DNA of 64,000 nt from Candidatus Eremiobacteria bacterium (GTDB lineage: Bacteria; Vulcanimicrobiota; Vulcanimicrobiia; Vulcanimicrobiales; Vulcanimicrobiaceae), in NCBI GenBank assembly GCA_963737065.1, contig CAVTRC010000002.1, forward strand, positions 192,001 to 256,000, written 5' to 3'. Shown here piece by piece: positions 57,201 through 64,000 of this stretch. The position numbers and the translations under genes are program-made. The first letter of the stretch is position 1. The number at the start of each line of letters is the position of its first letter. A model generated the notes under the pieces. It searched no databases, was not told the origin of the DNA, and worked only from the letters and a program-made list of their open reading frames with translations.

Positions 57201-57543
57201 CGCGCAATTGCATGCGGCGCGCGTTATTCCGGCTGCACGGCTTGCGGAAATGCCGAACAACCTCGTCTGCCGCGTCGGCGGACTCGTCATTACCCGTCAA
57301 CGTCCCGGTACCGCGAAGGGCTTCGTCTTTCTGACGCTCGAGGATGAGACGGGACTCGTGAACGTAATCGTGCGTCCGGATGTCTACGAAAAATTCCGCC
57401 GCGTCATCCGTACGAGCAACACGCTCGTTATCGAAGGCAAACTGCAAAAAGAAGCCGGCGCAATCGATATGCTCGCGCGCGCAATCTGGTCATTCGAAGC
57501 CGAAGGCATCCTCGACGGCGTCCGCCCGCGAAATTTTCACTGA
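54238..57543 (+). CDS. dnaE2: error-prone DNA polymerase III alpha (DnaE2/ImuC)
   Basis: YAELHCWSNFTFLEGASHPEEL, GRGSAANS, PDIDIDF, YGFPESHA, RQRPGTAKG, C-terminal RPRNFH. Confidence 0.96.
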   Translation: MALNYAELHCWSNFTFLEGASHPEELVERACELGLRALALTDRDGLYGSVRFAAAARRAGLDAIIGAELTFEDKTHAVILVENARGYANCCELISTAQMRGSKGDARLRIEDFDGRSDGIILLTRTLDAERASILLGLFRERCYLELQQHLTVEDAAMNEALIALARRLKMPYVATNAVAYARREEAPLADVLSCVKETITLEQARAQHRLRPNAEYYLKRAAAMRKLFAAHPEAIDATLAIAQRCAFRLERLVGQFPLFPVADGYTRQTYLRELVYKGAVDRYGAPIASNVERQLEYELGIIAKMDLAGYFLIVWDIVQAANRFAVLCQGRGSAANSAVCYALGITAVDPIGMNLLFERFMSEERQEIPDIDIDFAHQDREQVIQYIYERYGRSNAAMAAEVVTFRTRSALRDVGKALGLTLAQVDAVVREFDARESLAGATGQPDLVSTEQPQSVQKRRDLDTGSNARASRLEPGQTDRYLYGFRGQDYGADPDPAIAAPVSGILGERLYAFCRRIDGFPRHMGIHSGGMVITRDPLVRVAPVEWATMKDRTIIQWDKDDLQELGLIKIDLLGLGMLSLLREAFSLHERYVTSCHGEQKPRVILRRSPELAEGLSKDRVARLALHTIPSDDKRTYEMISRADTIGVFQIESRAQQSMLPRMKPACFYDIVMQVAIIRPGPIQGQMIHPFLRRRSGMEPVAYPHPKLKPVLERTLGVPLFQEQGMRMAIEAAGFTPGEADKLRRAMGHKRSHERMREIYPKLIEGMVANGIDRTAAEQLFHMLEGFADYGFPESHAASFALLAYASAYVKCHYPAIFGAAILNVQPMGFYSTEVLVNDARRHGVTIKSVEVNASEYWSFVEPDGSLRLGFHLVRGLGEGQKERLEEALRGGTFTDLLEFAKRTQLEKEAIENLAVAGAFSPWYRSRREAMWALRALDEREARGELGRLMDMEEPEATFKALAPKQETAFDLWSTGVTTRGQAVEHFRAQLHAARVIPAARLAEMPNNLVCRVGGLVITRQRPGTAKGFVFLTLEDETGLVNVIVRPDVYEKFRRVIRTSNTLVIEGKLQKEAGAIDMLARAIWSFEAEGILDGVRPRNFH
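56023..56093. repeat. REP-like palindromic unit(s) inserted in frame in dnaE2
   Basis: TGTCATCCTG...GTCCTGAGCTTGCCGAAGGG.CTGTCGAAGGA; related to the reverse complement of 19832-19853. Confidence 0.65.
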
Positions 57544-57749
57544 AGCGCTGCAGCACAAAGGGGCAAGCCTGAAGCTGAAATCGGCGTCGCCATGGCGGCT
57601 GCGATCGCCTCAAGGCTACGCATGTGAATTTTCTCTCCCCATCGCTGTACGGCGCCAAGATCCATCCCAAAAGGTGCCTTTGTTGCTCCGCAGTGTACTC
57701 CGTAATCGGCCGCAACAGTATTTCAGCGATTTTCCTTAATCTGACTCAG

Positions 57750-58601
57750 TTAGTTCGGATTGTCGCCTTTGATCTCGCCCGTATAGATCGCACGCAACAG
57801 TGGCGCGAGCGTCACGTCCGGCGGTAGTTTGTATCCGATCGGCGGCGAAGGGATCGGCAATCGATGCGTGCGATCCAGCGGCAGCATCGCATCATGGTCG
57901 GCGGGATAGCACACCGGCCAAGGGATGTTTCCGTCCTCCGTTCCGCCGCCGCTATATTGCGCAAAGTAATGCACGTAGTAGCACGACATACCGCGCGCGA
58001 TCCAATGCTGGTGCGGCAGCGGTTCGAGCAGCGCCTCGACGGATTCGCGTTGCTCCTCGCGTCCGCTCACGTCAATCGGTGCTTCGTGATATGCCGACGC
58101 CGGCAGCGGCGGATTCGTCGCGATGCTGATGCTATGCGACGAATTCAGCTGCTGTGCTTCACGCGCAAACATCTGCTGTTGCTGCGCAAGTTGCTCAGCG
58201 AGCGAGGCGGGGTCGTGCCGCACGCGTTGCGCCGGCGGCACCGGCGTGCCGGCCGGAGTCAAGCGTGCGAGCTCCGCCGGACGTGCCGGTGGCTTTGGTG
58301 GCGCAACGCGTGGTCGACGGGGCTGTTGCTGCTGCTTCGGAGTGGCCGCATGCTGCGTGGGCGCCCGCTGTTGCCGGTGCTGCGCGCTGGGTGGTTGCGG
58401 TACCGTGCGGCGCTCCAGCCGAATGCTCGACGAGGAGACAATCAGCTCGTGCTGCGCACTCACGGGACGCAGGTGCAAATGCACCGCCGAAACCCAGATC
58501 ACGAGCATCCATGCGATCAGATTCATGACGACCGAAGCAACGAGCGACAGGACGAGCGTAGGGCGCTCGTCCTGCCGAAAATCGTCGCGTACAGTAATCA
58601 T
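57750..58601 (-). CDS. hypothetical membrane-anchored Pro/Gln-rich protein (TonB-like N-terminus)
   Basis: Single TM, low-complexity stalk, C-terminal domain with two Cys. Confidence 0.6.
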   Translation of the reverse strand: MITVRDDFRQDERPTLVLSLVASVVMNLIAWMLVIWVSAVHLHLRPVSAQHELIVSSSSIRLERRTVPQPPSAQHRQQRAPTQHAATPKQQQQPRRPRVAPPKPPARPAELARLTPAGTPVPPAQRVRHDPASLAEQLAQQQQMFAREAQQLNSSHSISIATNPPLPASAYHEAPIDVSGREEQRESVEALLEPLPHQHWIARGMSCYYVHYFAQYSGGGTEDGNIPWPVCYPADHDAMLPLDRTHRLPIPSPPIGYKLPPDVTLAPLLRAIYTGEIKGDNPN

Positions 58602-58774
58602 CGTTCGTAGTGGGCTAAGCGTACCCGGGCGTCCCGCAGAGCGCCCTGAGAGTCTAGCGATGGGACGTTCAGCGAAACAAGCAGGTCCAATTCGACACCG
58701 CGAGTTTCCGAACGCCGAAGGGTGTTCCCCGGTGAGAAGAAGGCTCCCGCACCGTCGCGAAATAGTACGCTGAC

Positions 58775-59008
58775 ATGGACCAGACGCCCGAACTTCAACG
58801 CGCCGAAGAGCAACGCGACAATGCTCAACTGACGCGAACGCTGATTTGGATCGGCGTCGCGGGTATCGGCGCGGCAGTGGCCTTCACCGTCGTCCGCGTG
58901 CTGTTGAATCGGCGCCCCGCGGATCCGACCAGCGAGCGCATTCAACAGCTGATCGATGAGGCGAACCACTTGCTCAAGACGCTTGACGAACAGAGAAATA
59001 CTGCGTAA
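58775..59008 (+). CDS. small single-TM hypothetical protein
   Basis: 77 aa, TM segment followed by an amphipathic helix. Confidence 0.6.
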   Translation: MDQTPELQRAEEQRDNAQLTRTLIWIGVAGIGAAVAFTVVRVLLNRRPADPTSERIQQLIDEANHLLKTLDEQRNTA

Positions 59009-60482
59009 CGCGGCACCGGCGTTACGCGCCGGAACCGAACTCGAATTGTCGTTCACCGACCTGCTTGCAAACGGCCAAGCCGTGGGACGCGCAAGCGGGT
59101 TGGTTGTTTTTTGTTTCGGTCCATTGCCGGAGGAACGCGCGCGCGTGCGCATTTCGACCGTCAAACCAAAATATGCAACCTCGACGATGCTGCAGTTGAT
59201 CTCCGGATCGCCGCATCGCGCGATGCCGTTTTGCCCCGTGTTCGGCACCTGTGGCGGCTGTCAAGCTCAGCACCTAAGCTATCCCGCGCAATTGGCGTGG
59301 AAAACGCATGTCGTCCGCAGCGCGCTGGCCCGTATCGGAGGCTTTACCGGTGTGGACGTTCGCACAACGGTCGGAATGGTCAATCCGCGCGCGTATCGCA
59401 ATAAAATGTCGCTCGTCGTCGATCACACGCTGCCTGCGCCGGCGATCGGCTTTTACCAGCAGCGTTCGCACGACGTCGTGGCGATCGACGATTGTCCGAT
59501 CGTCACGCCTCAGCTCAACGCGTTCATTCACGGATTTAATCGCGCGCGGATAAGACAAGAGACCGCACCGATGATGCAAGTGGCGCGTCACGTTGTGTCG
59601 CGCAGTGCGCAAGCGACGGGAGAAGCGGTCGTGACGGTCACCACGTCGCAGCTCTCTCCCGAAGTGGAACGCGGTGCGACAGCGTTGCTCAAATCCTTAC
59701 CCGGCGCTGTGGGGCTCACGAATTCATATCAGCTCACAAGCCAAAACGCGATCCTGGGGAGGCGTCATCGCGTCGTTGCGGGCTCGCCCGAAATCGAAGA
59801 GACGATCGACGGTATTCGCTATCGCGTTTCCGCAGCGTCGTTTTTTCAAGTCAACGTCGAGATCGTCGGCCGCATCTTCGCCTTTATGAAGAACGCCCTG
59901 CAACATCCACGCCGTATCGTGGACCTCTATTGCGGCGCCGGCACGTTCTCGCTCTTCTTTGCGAAGAACGGCTGCGAAGTGTACGGGGTGGAAGAGAATC
60001 CGCAAGCGATTCTCGAGGCGGAGGGCAACGCGAAGCTCAACAGCCTCGAAGGATGGGTCCGGTTTCACGCCGGCCGCGTGGAGGATGCCGTCCGTTCGCC
60101 GGACGCGCGCGAAGCGATGAACAACGCGGATATCGTGTTTCTCGATCCGCCCCGCAAGGGAAGCGACGAGGCGACCCTGAGCGCAATCGTGGATTTCAAG
60201 GTGCCGTATATCTGGTACCTGTCCTGCGACCCGGCCACGCTCGCCCGGGATTTGAAGTTCTTGGCCGCCAATGGGTACCGGCTCGGCATCGTTCAGCCGT
60301 TTGACATGTTCCCCCAAACGGGGCACGTTGAGACCCTGGTGACGCTCTACCGCGAAGCCATAGCGGACGAGGAAGTCGTGCACGACGCGTTTCTCAACGT
60401 GCCGTCACCGACGTGGCCGAAGAGTGATCAATATGCCGCCGACGAACCGGAGTATCCCGACTTTGTCATCAGAGAAGATTGA
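58983..60482 (+). CDS. rlmD: 23S rRNA (uracil-C5)-methyltransferase with TRAM domain
   Basis: CPVFGTCGGC, YRNK, SFFQVN, DLYCGAG, LDPPRKG, SCDPATLARD, DMFPQT.HVE; start uncertain. Confidence 0.92.
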   Translation: MTNREILRNAAPALRAGTELELSFTDLLANGQAVGRASGLVVFCFGPLPEERARVRISTVKPKYATSTMLQLISGSPHRAMPFCPVFGTCGGCQAQHLSYPAQLAWKTHVVRSALARIGGFTGVDVRTTVGMVNPRAYRNKMSLVVDHTLPAPAIGFYQQRSHDVVAIDDCPIVTPQLNAFIHGFNRARIRQETAPMMQVARHVVSRSAQATGEAVVTVTTSQLSPEVERGATALLKSLPGAVGLTNSYQLTSQNAILGRRHRVVAGSPEIEETIDGIRYRVSAASFFQVNVEIVGRIFAFMKNALQHPRRIVDLYCGAGTFSLFFAKNGCEVYGVEENPQAILEAEGNAKLNSLEGWVRFHAGRVEDAVRSPDAREAMNNADIVFLDPPRKGSDEATLSAIVDFKVPYIWYLSCDPATLARDLKFLAANGYRLGIVQPFDMFPQTGHVETLVTLYREAIADEEVVHDAFLNVPSPTWPKSDQYAADEPEYPDFVIRED

Positions 60483-60756
60483 CGTTCGCTATGTCGCAAA
60501 GCTCGCGCGCATCGCGCTCACGGACGATGAAGTTCAGCGCTTCGAAACGCAATTGGGCGACCTGCTCGAACACGTGAACGCGCTCGCAAAACTCGACGTT
60601 TCGCACGTCGCGGCGACGGCGCAAGTCGTCGAGTCGCGCAACGTCGAGCGTGATGATGAACCGGCGGCCAGCCTCGATCGCGAGACGGTGCTGGCCCAGG
60701 CGCCGCAACGCCAAGGCGCCTTTTTCCGCGTTCCGCGCATCATCGCCGCAGAGTAG
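60463..60756 (+). CDS. gatC: Asp/Glu-tRNA amidotransferase subunit C
   Basis: VRYVAKLARI, FFRVPRII; TTG at 60463 after GGAG. Confidence 0.93.
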   Translation: MSSEKIDVRYVAKLARIALTDDEVQRFETQLGDLLEHVNALAKLDVSHVAATAQVVESRNVERDDEPAASLDRETVLAQAPQRQGAFFRVPRIIAAE

Positions 60757-60762
60757 GACGTC

Positions 60763-62250
60763 ATGGAGATCATCGAACGCAGCGCGGCGCAGATCGCACG
60801 CGACGTCAATAGCGGAAGTATCTCTGCCCGCGAAGTGACCGATGCGATACTTTCACACATCGACGCCGTCGATGGGAACATCGGATCGTACCTGACGGTT
60901 CTGCACGAGCGTGCGCACGCGGATGCGGCGCGCGTCGACGAACGGGTGCAAGGGGGCGAAAAACTTCCGCTTGCCGGCGTGCCGCTTGCGGTGAAAGACA
61001 ACATGTGTTTGACCGGCACGCGAACGACCGCCGGCAGTAAGATCCTTGAGAAATGGAAGTCGCCGTATACTGCAACGGCCGTCCAACGCATGATCGAAGC
61101 GGGCGCGATTCCCGTTGGTAAAACGAACATGGATGAGTTCGCAATGGGAAGCTCGTGCGAAAACTCAGCGCTCGGCGTCACGAAGAATCCCTACGATGTC
61201 TCGCGCGTGCCGGGCGGTTCCAGCGGCGGCTCCGCGGCCGCGGTTGCCGCCTTCGAAGCCACGATCGGCATGGGAAGCGATACCGGCGGTTCAATTCGCG
61301 AACCCGGCGCGTTCTGTAATCTCGTGGGGTTCAAGCCGACGTACGGACGGGTTTCGCGATATGGACTGATCGCGTTCGCATCAAGCTTGGATCAAATCGG
61401 ACCGTTGACGCGCACGGTTGAAGATGCCGCGATCGCGTACGAAGCAATGGCCGGTTGGGACCGCATGGATTCCACGTCGATCAAGCGCAATGTCGAACCG
61501 GTGTCTGAGGATTTGCACAGCGACCTGCGCGGGCTCAGAGTCGGCATCGTCAAGGAATTCGACGCGCACGCGCTCGGCGACAAAATTCATGCGCTGTACG
61601 AACGCGCGTATCGCGATTTGCAGTCGCTCGGTGCCGACCTCGTCGAGGTGTCGCTGCCGACCGCGGAGTACGGCTTGGCCACGTACTATTTGATCGCGCC
61701 GGCGGAATGTTCGTCGAACCTCGCGCGCTTCGATGGCGTTCGCTACGGCTTGCGCGTCGAAGGCGCCGACGTTCACGACATGTACGAAAAGACGCGTGCC
61801 GCAGGGTTCGGACCGGAGGTAAAGCGCCGAATCCTCATCGGCACGTACGCGCTCTCGAGCGGCTACTACGACGCCTACTACGTTCGCGCTCAAAAAGCGC
61901 GCACGCTCATTGCCGACGATTTTCGCAAAGCGTTCGCATCGTGCGATCTCATCGCCGCTCCGGCAGCGAGTTCGCCGGCGTTCCAGTTCAACGCCAAGAG
62001 CGATCCGTACAGCATGTACTTGATGGACTATTACACGATTCCGATGTCGCTTGCCGGATTACCGGCACTCTCGGTTCCTTGCGGCTGGGTGACGCCGCCC
62101 GGCGGCGATCGCGAAATGCCGATGGGCTTACAGCTAACGTCACCATTATTCACCGAGAAACTGTTGCTCGGCGCAGCGCACGCGTACGAAAAAGCGACAA
62201 ACCACGCAAATACACATAAGCCGGCTCTAACGACGGCGGGTAGCCGGTGA
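60763..62250 (+). CDS. gatA: Asp/Glu-tRNA amidotransferase subunit A
   Basis: GKTNMDEFAMGSS, PGGSSGGS, GSDTGGSIR, SSNLARFDG. Confidence 0.97.
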   Translation: MEIIERSAAQIARDVNSGSISAREVTDAILSHIDAVDGNIGSYLTVLHERAHADAARVDERVQGGEKLPLAGVPLAVKDNMCLTGTRTTAGSKILEKWKSPYTATAVQRMIEAGAIPVGKTNMDEFAMGSSCENSALGVTKNPYDVSRVPGGSSGGSAAAVAAFEATIGMGSDTGGSIREPGAFCNLVGFKPTYGRVSRYGLIAFASSLDQIGPLTRTVEDAAIAYEAMAGWDRMDSTSIKRNVEPVSEDLHSDLRGLRVGIVKEFDAHALGDKIHALYERAYRDLQSLGADLVEVSLPTAEYGLATYYLIAPAECSSNLARFDGVRYGLRVEGADVHDMYEKTRAAGFGPEVKRRILIGTYALSSGYYDAYYVRAQKARTLIADDFRKAFASCDLIAAPAASSPAFQFNAKSDPYSMYLMDYYTIPMSLAGLPALSVPCGWVTPPGGDREMPMGLQLTSPLFTEKLLLGAAHAYEKATNHANTHKPALTTAGSR

Positions 62251-63719
62251 ACGCGCCGTTTCGTTCGAAATACGAAGTTATCATCGGCATCGAATGCCAT
62301 GTCGAGTTAAAGACCGCAACGAAGATGTTTTGCGGCTGCCGCAATGAGTTCGGCGGCGAGCCGAACACGAACGTGTGTCCGGTCTGTCTCGCGCTTCCCG
62401 GTGCATTGCCGGTTGCGAACCGCGAGGCGATCCAACACATGATTTCCGCGGGGCTTGCGTTCGGTGCGCACATCCCCACGTTTTCGAAGTTTGACCGGAA
62501 GAACTACTTTTATCCGGACATGCCGAAGGATTACCAGATCACGCAGTATGACATGCCGCTAACCGTCGGCGGTGTCGTGCGCTACTGGCTCGAGGACGGC
62601 ACGGTGAAAGAATGCCGCCTCACGCGCATCCATTTGGAAGAAGACACCGGCAAGTCGACGCACGCGGGATCCGGCGACGGACGTATCGCGGGCAGCACGT
62701 ACTCGCTGGTCGATTTCAACCGCGCGGGCGTGCCGCTCATGGAATGCGTCTCCGAGCCCGAAATTCACAGCGCCGATGAAGCGGTCGGGTATCTCGAAGC
62801 GCTGCGCCGCACGCTGCAACAGGTCGGCGTGAGCGACGTCAAGATGGAAGAAGGCTCGCTGCGCTGCGATGCCAACGTCTCGATCCGTCCGACGGGTTCG
62901 AAAGAACTCGGTACGAAGACGGAGATTAAAAACATGAACTCGTTTCGCTCGGTGCATCGCGCGATCGAGAGCGAGATCGAACGGCAGATCTCGCTCGTTG
63001 AAGCCGGCGAACGGGTCGTCCAAGAGACGCGCGGCTGGGACGAGGTTCGCGGCGTCACGCACCCGATGCGCAGCAAAGAAGAGGCGCATGACTATCGCTA
63101 CTTTCCGGACCCGGACCTCGTACCGCTCGAGATCGAACGCGTCGATGTGGACCGGTTGCGCGAGCAGCTTCCCGAACTTCCGATCGCGCGATTCGAGCGC
63201 TACGCGAAAGAGTTCGCACTAGACGTGAAGCAGGCGACGCAACTCATCGATACCGTTGCGCTCGCGGTCTACTTCGATGCGGTTGTGAAGGCAAGCACCA
63301 ATCCGAAGCAGTCGACGAACTTCGTGCTCGGTGATCTCTCCCGGCTTGCGAATGAAACGGGGACACCCGTCCACGAATCGCCGATCACGCCGCAACATGT
63401 TGCGGAATTGATCGCGCTCGTCGAAGATAAGACGATCAATTCGAAGATCGCGAAGGAACTGGTCGAGCGGATGTGGCGCGGTGAAGGCTCGCCGAAAGCA
63501 ATCGTCGAGCGGGAGGGGCTCGCGCAAACGTCCGACCCCGGCGCGATCGTTGCGTTCATCGAAGCGGTGCTCGCTGCCAACGAAAAGACCGTCACCGACT
63601 ATAAAGGCGGGAAGACGAATGTTATGGGGTTCCTCGTGGGCCAAGTGATGAAGGCCTCGAAGGGCAAAGCCGACCCGCAAATGGTCAATCAATTGATGAA
63701 GCAGAAGCTGGAAAGTTGA
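62247..63719 (+). CDS. gatB: Asp/Glu-tRNA amidotransferase subunit B
   Basis: IGIECHVEL, RKNYFYPD, HLEED.GK, RCDANVS, DYRYFPDPDL. Confidence 0.97.
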   Translation: MNAPFRSKYEVIIGIECHVELKTATKMFCGCRNEFGGEPNTNVCPVCLALPGALPVANREAIQHMISAGLAFGAHIPTFSKFDRKNYFYPDMPKDYQITQYDMPLTVGGVVRYWLEDGTVKECRLTRIHLEEDTGKSTHAGSGDGRIAGSTYSLVDFNRAGVPLMECVSEPEIHSADEAVGYLEALRRTLQQVGVSDVKMEEGSLRCDANVSIRPTGSKELGTKTEIKNMNSFRSVHRAIESEIERQISLVEAGERVVQETRGWDEVRGVTHPMRSKEEAHDYRYFPDPDLVPLEIERVDVDRLREQLPELPIARFERYAKEFALDVKQATQLIDTVALAVYFDAVVKASTNPKQSTNFVLGDLSRLANETGTPVHESPITPQHVAELIALVEDKTINSKIAKELVERMWRGEGSPKAIVEREGLAQTSDPGAIVAFIEAVLAANEKTVTDYKGGKTNVMGFLVGQVMKASKGKADPQMVNQLMKQKLES

Positions 63720-64000
63720 CGCCGGGCTCTGTTCAAATAGTCGCCGACGAGCGCACGCTCGAGGCTTTAGATTTTGCGAGCGTTCGGGATCGCGTCGTGG
63801 GTGCGACGCGAACCGCGCGCGGACGTCGTTTCGCGAACGAACTCGTACCGTTGACGGACTTTGCGGTGGTGCGCCTGGAGCAGGCGCGCACGGCGATCGT
63901 TCGCCAAGTTGTCGCGGCGGCCGATTTCCACGTCTTGCCGGCGATCGACCCGGAGCCGGATACGCAAGCCGCGGCATTGGGACGTACGCTCGCACCGGCC
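63716..64000 (+). CDS. mutS2: MutS2 family protein, N-terminus (runs off the window)
   Basis: Not in the ORF track. TTG overlapping the gatB stop gives ..DERTLEALDFASVRDRV..T.RGRRFANELVP..AAALGRTLAP, similar to the MutS2 N-terminus. Confidence 0.7.
   Translation, partial: MTPGSVQIVADERTLEALDFASVRDRVVGATRTARGRRFANELVPLTDFAVVRLEQARTAIVRQVVAAADFHVLPAIDPEPDTQAAALGRTLAPA

Noticed and set aside
57544..57749. Possible riboswitch (c-di-GMP-like) or ncRNA after dnaE2
   Set aside because: Only a weak inverted match (CACAAAGG/CCTTTGT), the consensus is not met, and it lies between convergent 3' ends.
16972..63995. Numerous long antisense and alternate-frame ORFs in the track (e.g. 16972-17883, 23708-24697, 27199-28536, 63219-63995)
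   Set aside because: Shadow ORFs typical of high-GC DNA, overlapping well-supported genes and lacking motifs.

Overview
This is a GC-rich bacterial chromosomal window. The gene style (Firmicutes-like fla/che cluster, Gram-positive-type LexA box, Vgb-like lipoprotein) is compatible with Ca. Eremiobacterota/Vulcanimicrobiota or a related Terrabacteria lineage; that assignment is inference. Layout: (1) 1-8.7 kb is an accessory or decaying block with frameshifted or truncated genes (DUF2231-Rieske, trpS, NRAMP, GMC fragment, alkA), ending in a response regulator that has lost its receiver domain. (2) 8.7-16.8 kb holds a kinase, glycoside hydrolases, a nuclease-fold gene with hpt, and purA. (3) 16.9-46.5 kb is a flagellar/chemotaxis cluster (fliF to cheW), interrupted by trpE-trpG-[Trp leader/attenuator]-aroF and by an antisense Vgb-like gene, with sigma28-like promoters restarting each segment. 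(4) A BlaI/BlaR1(M56) module whose sensor domain and downstream secreted gene product are both CxxC pentapeptide-repeat proteins. (5) A split CHAD pair divergent from a LexA-boxed imuA-imuB-[T5orf172/GIY-YIG]-dnaE2 cassette. (6) rlmD, gatCAB and the start of mutS2. Non-coding highlights are a two-hairpin RNA between the TIGR02530 gene and flgE, a 52-bp tandem hairpin array after flgE, a covarying GGGGCCCC/GGGGTCCC palindromic element family, a duplicated fliG 3' end, and a REP-like palindrome inserted in frame in dnaE2. All family calls come from motif recognition by eye; no database search was run.
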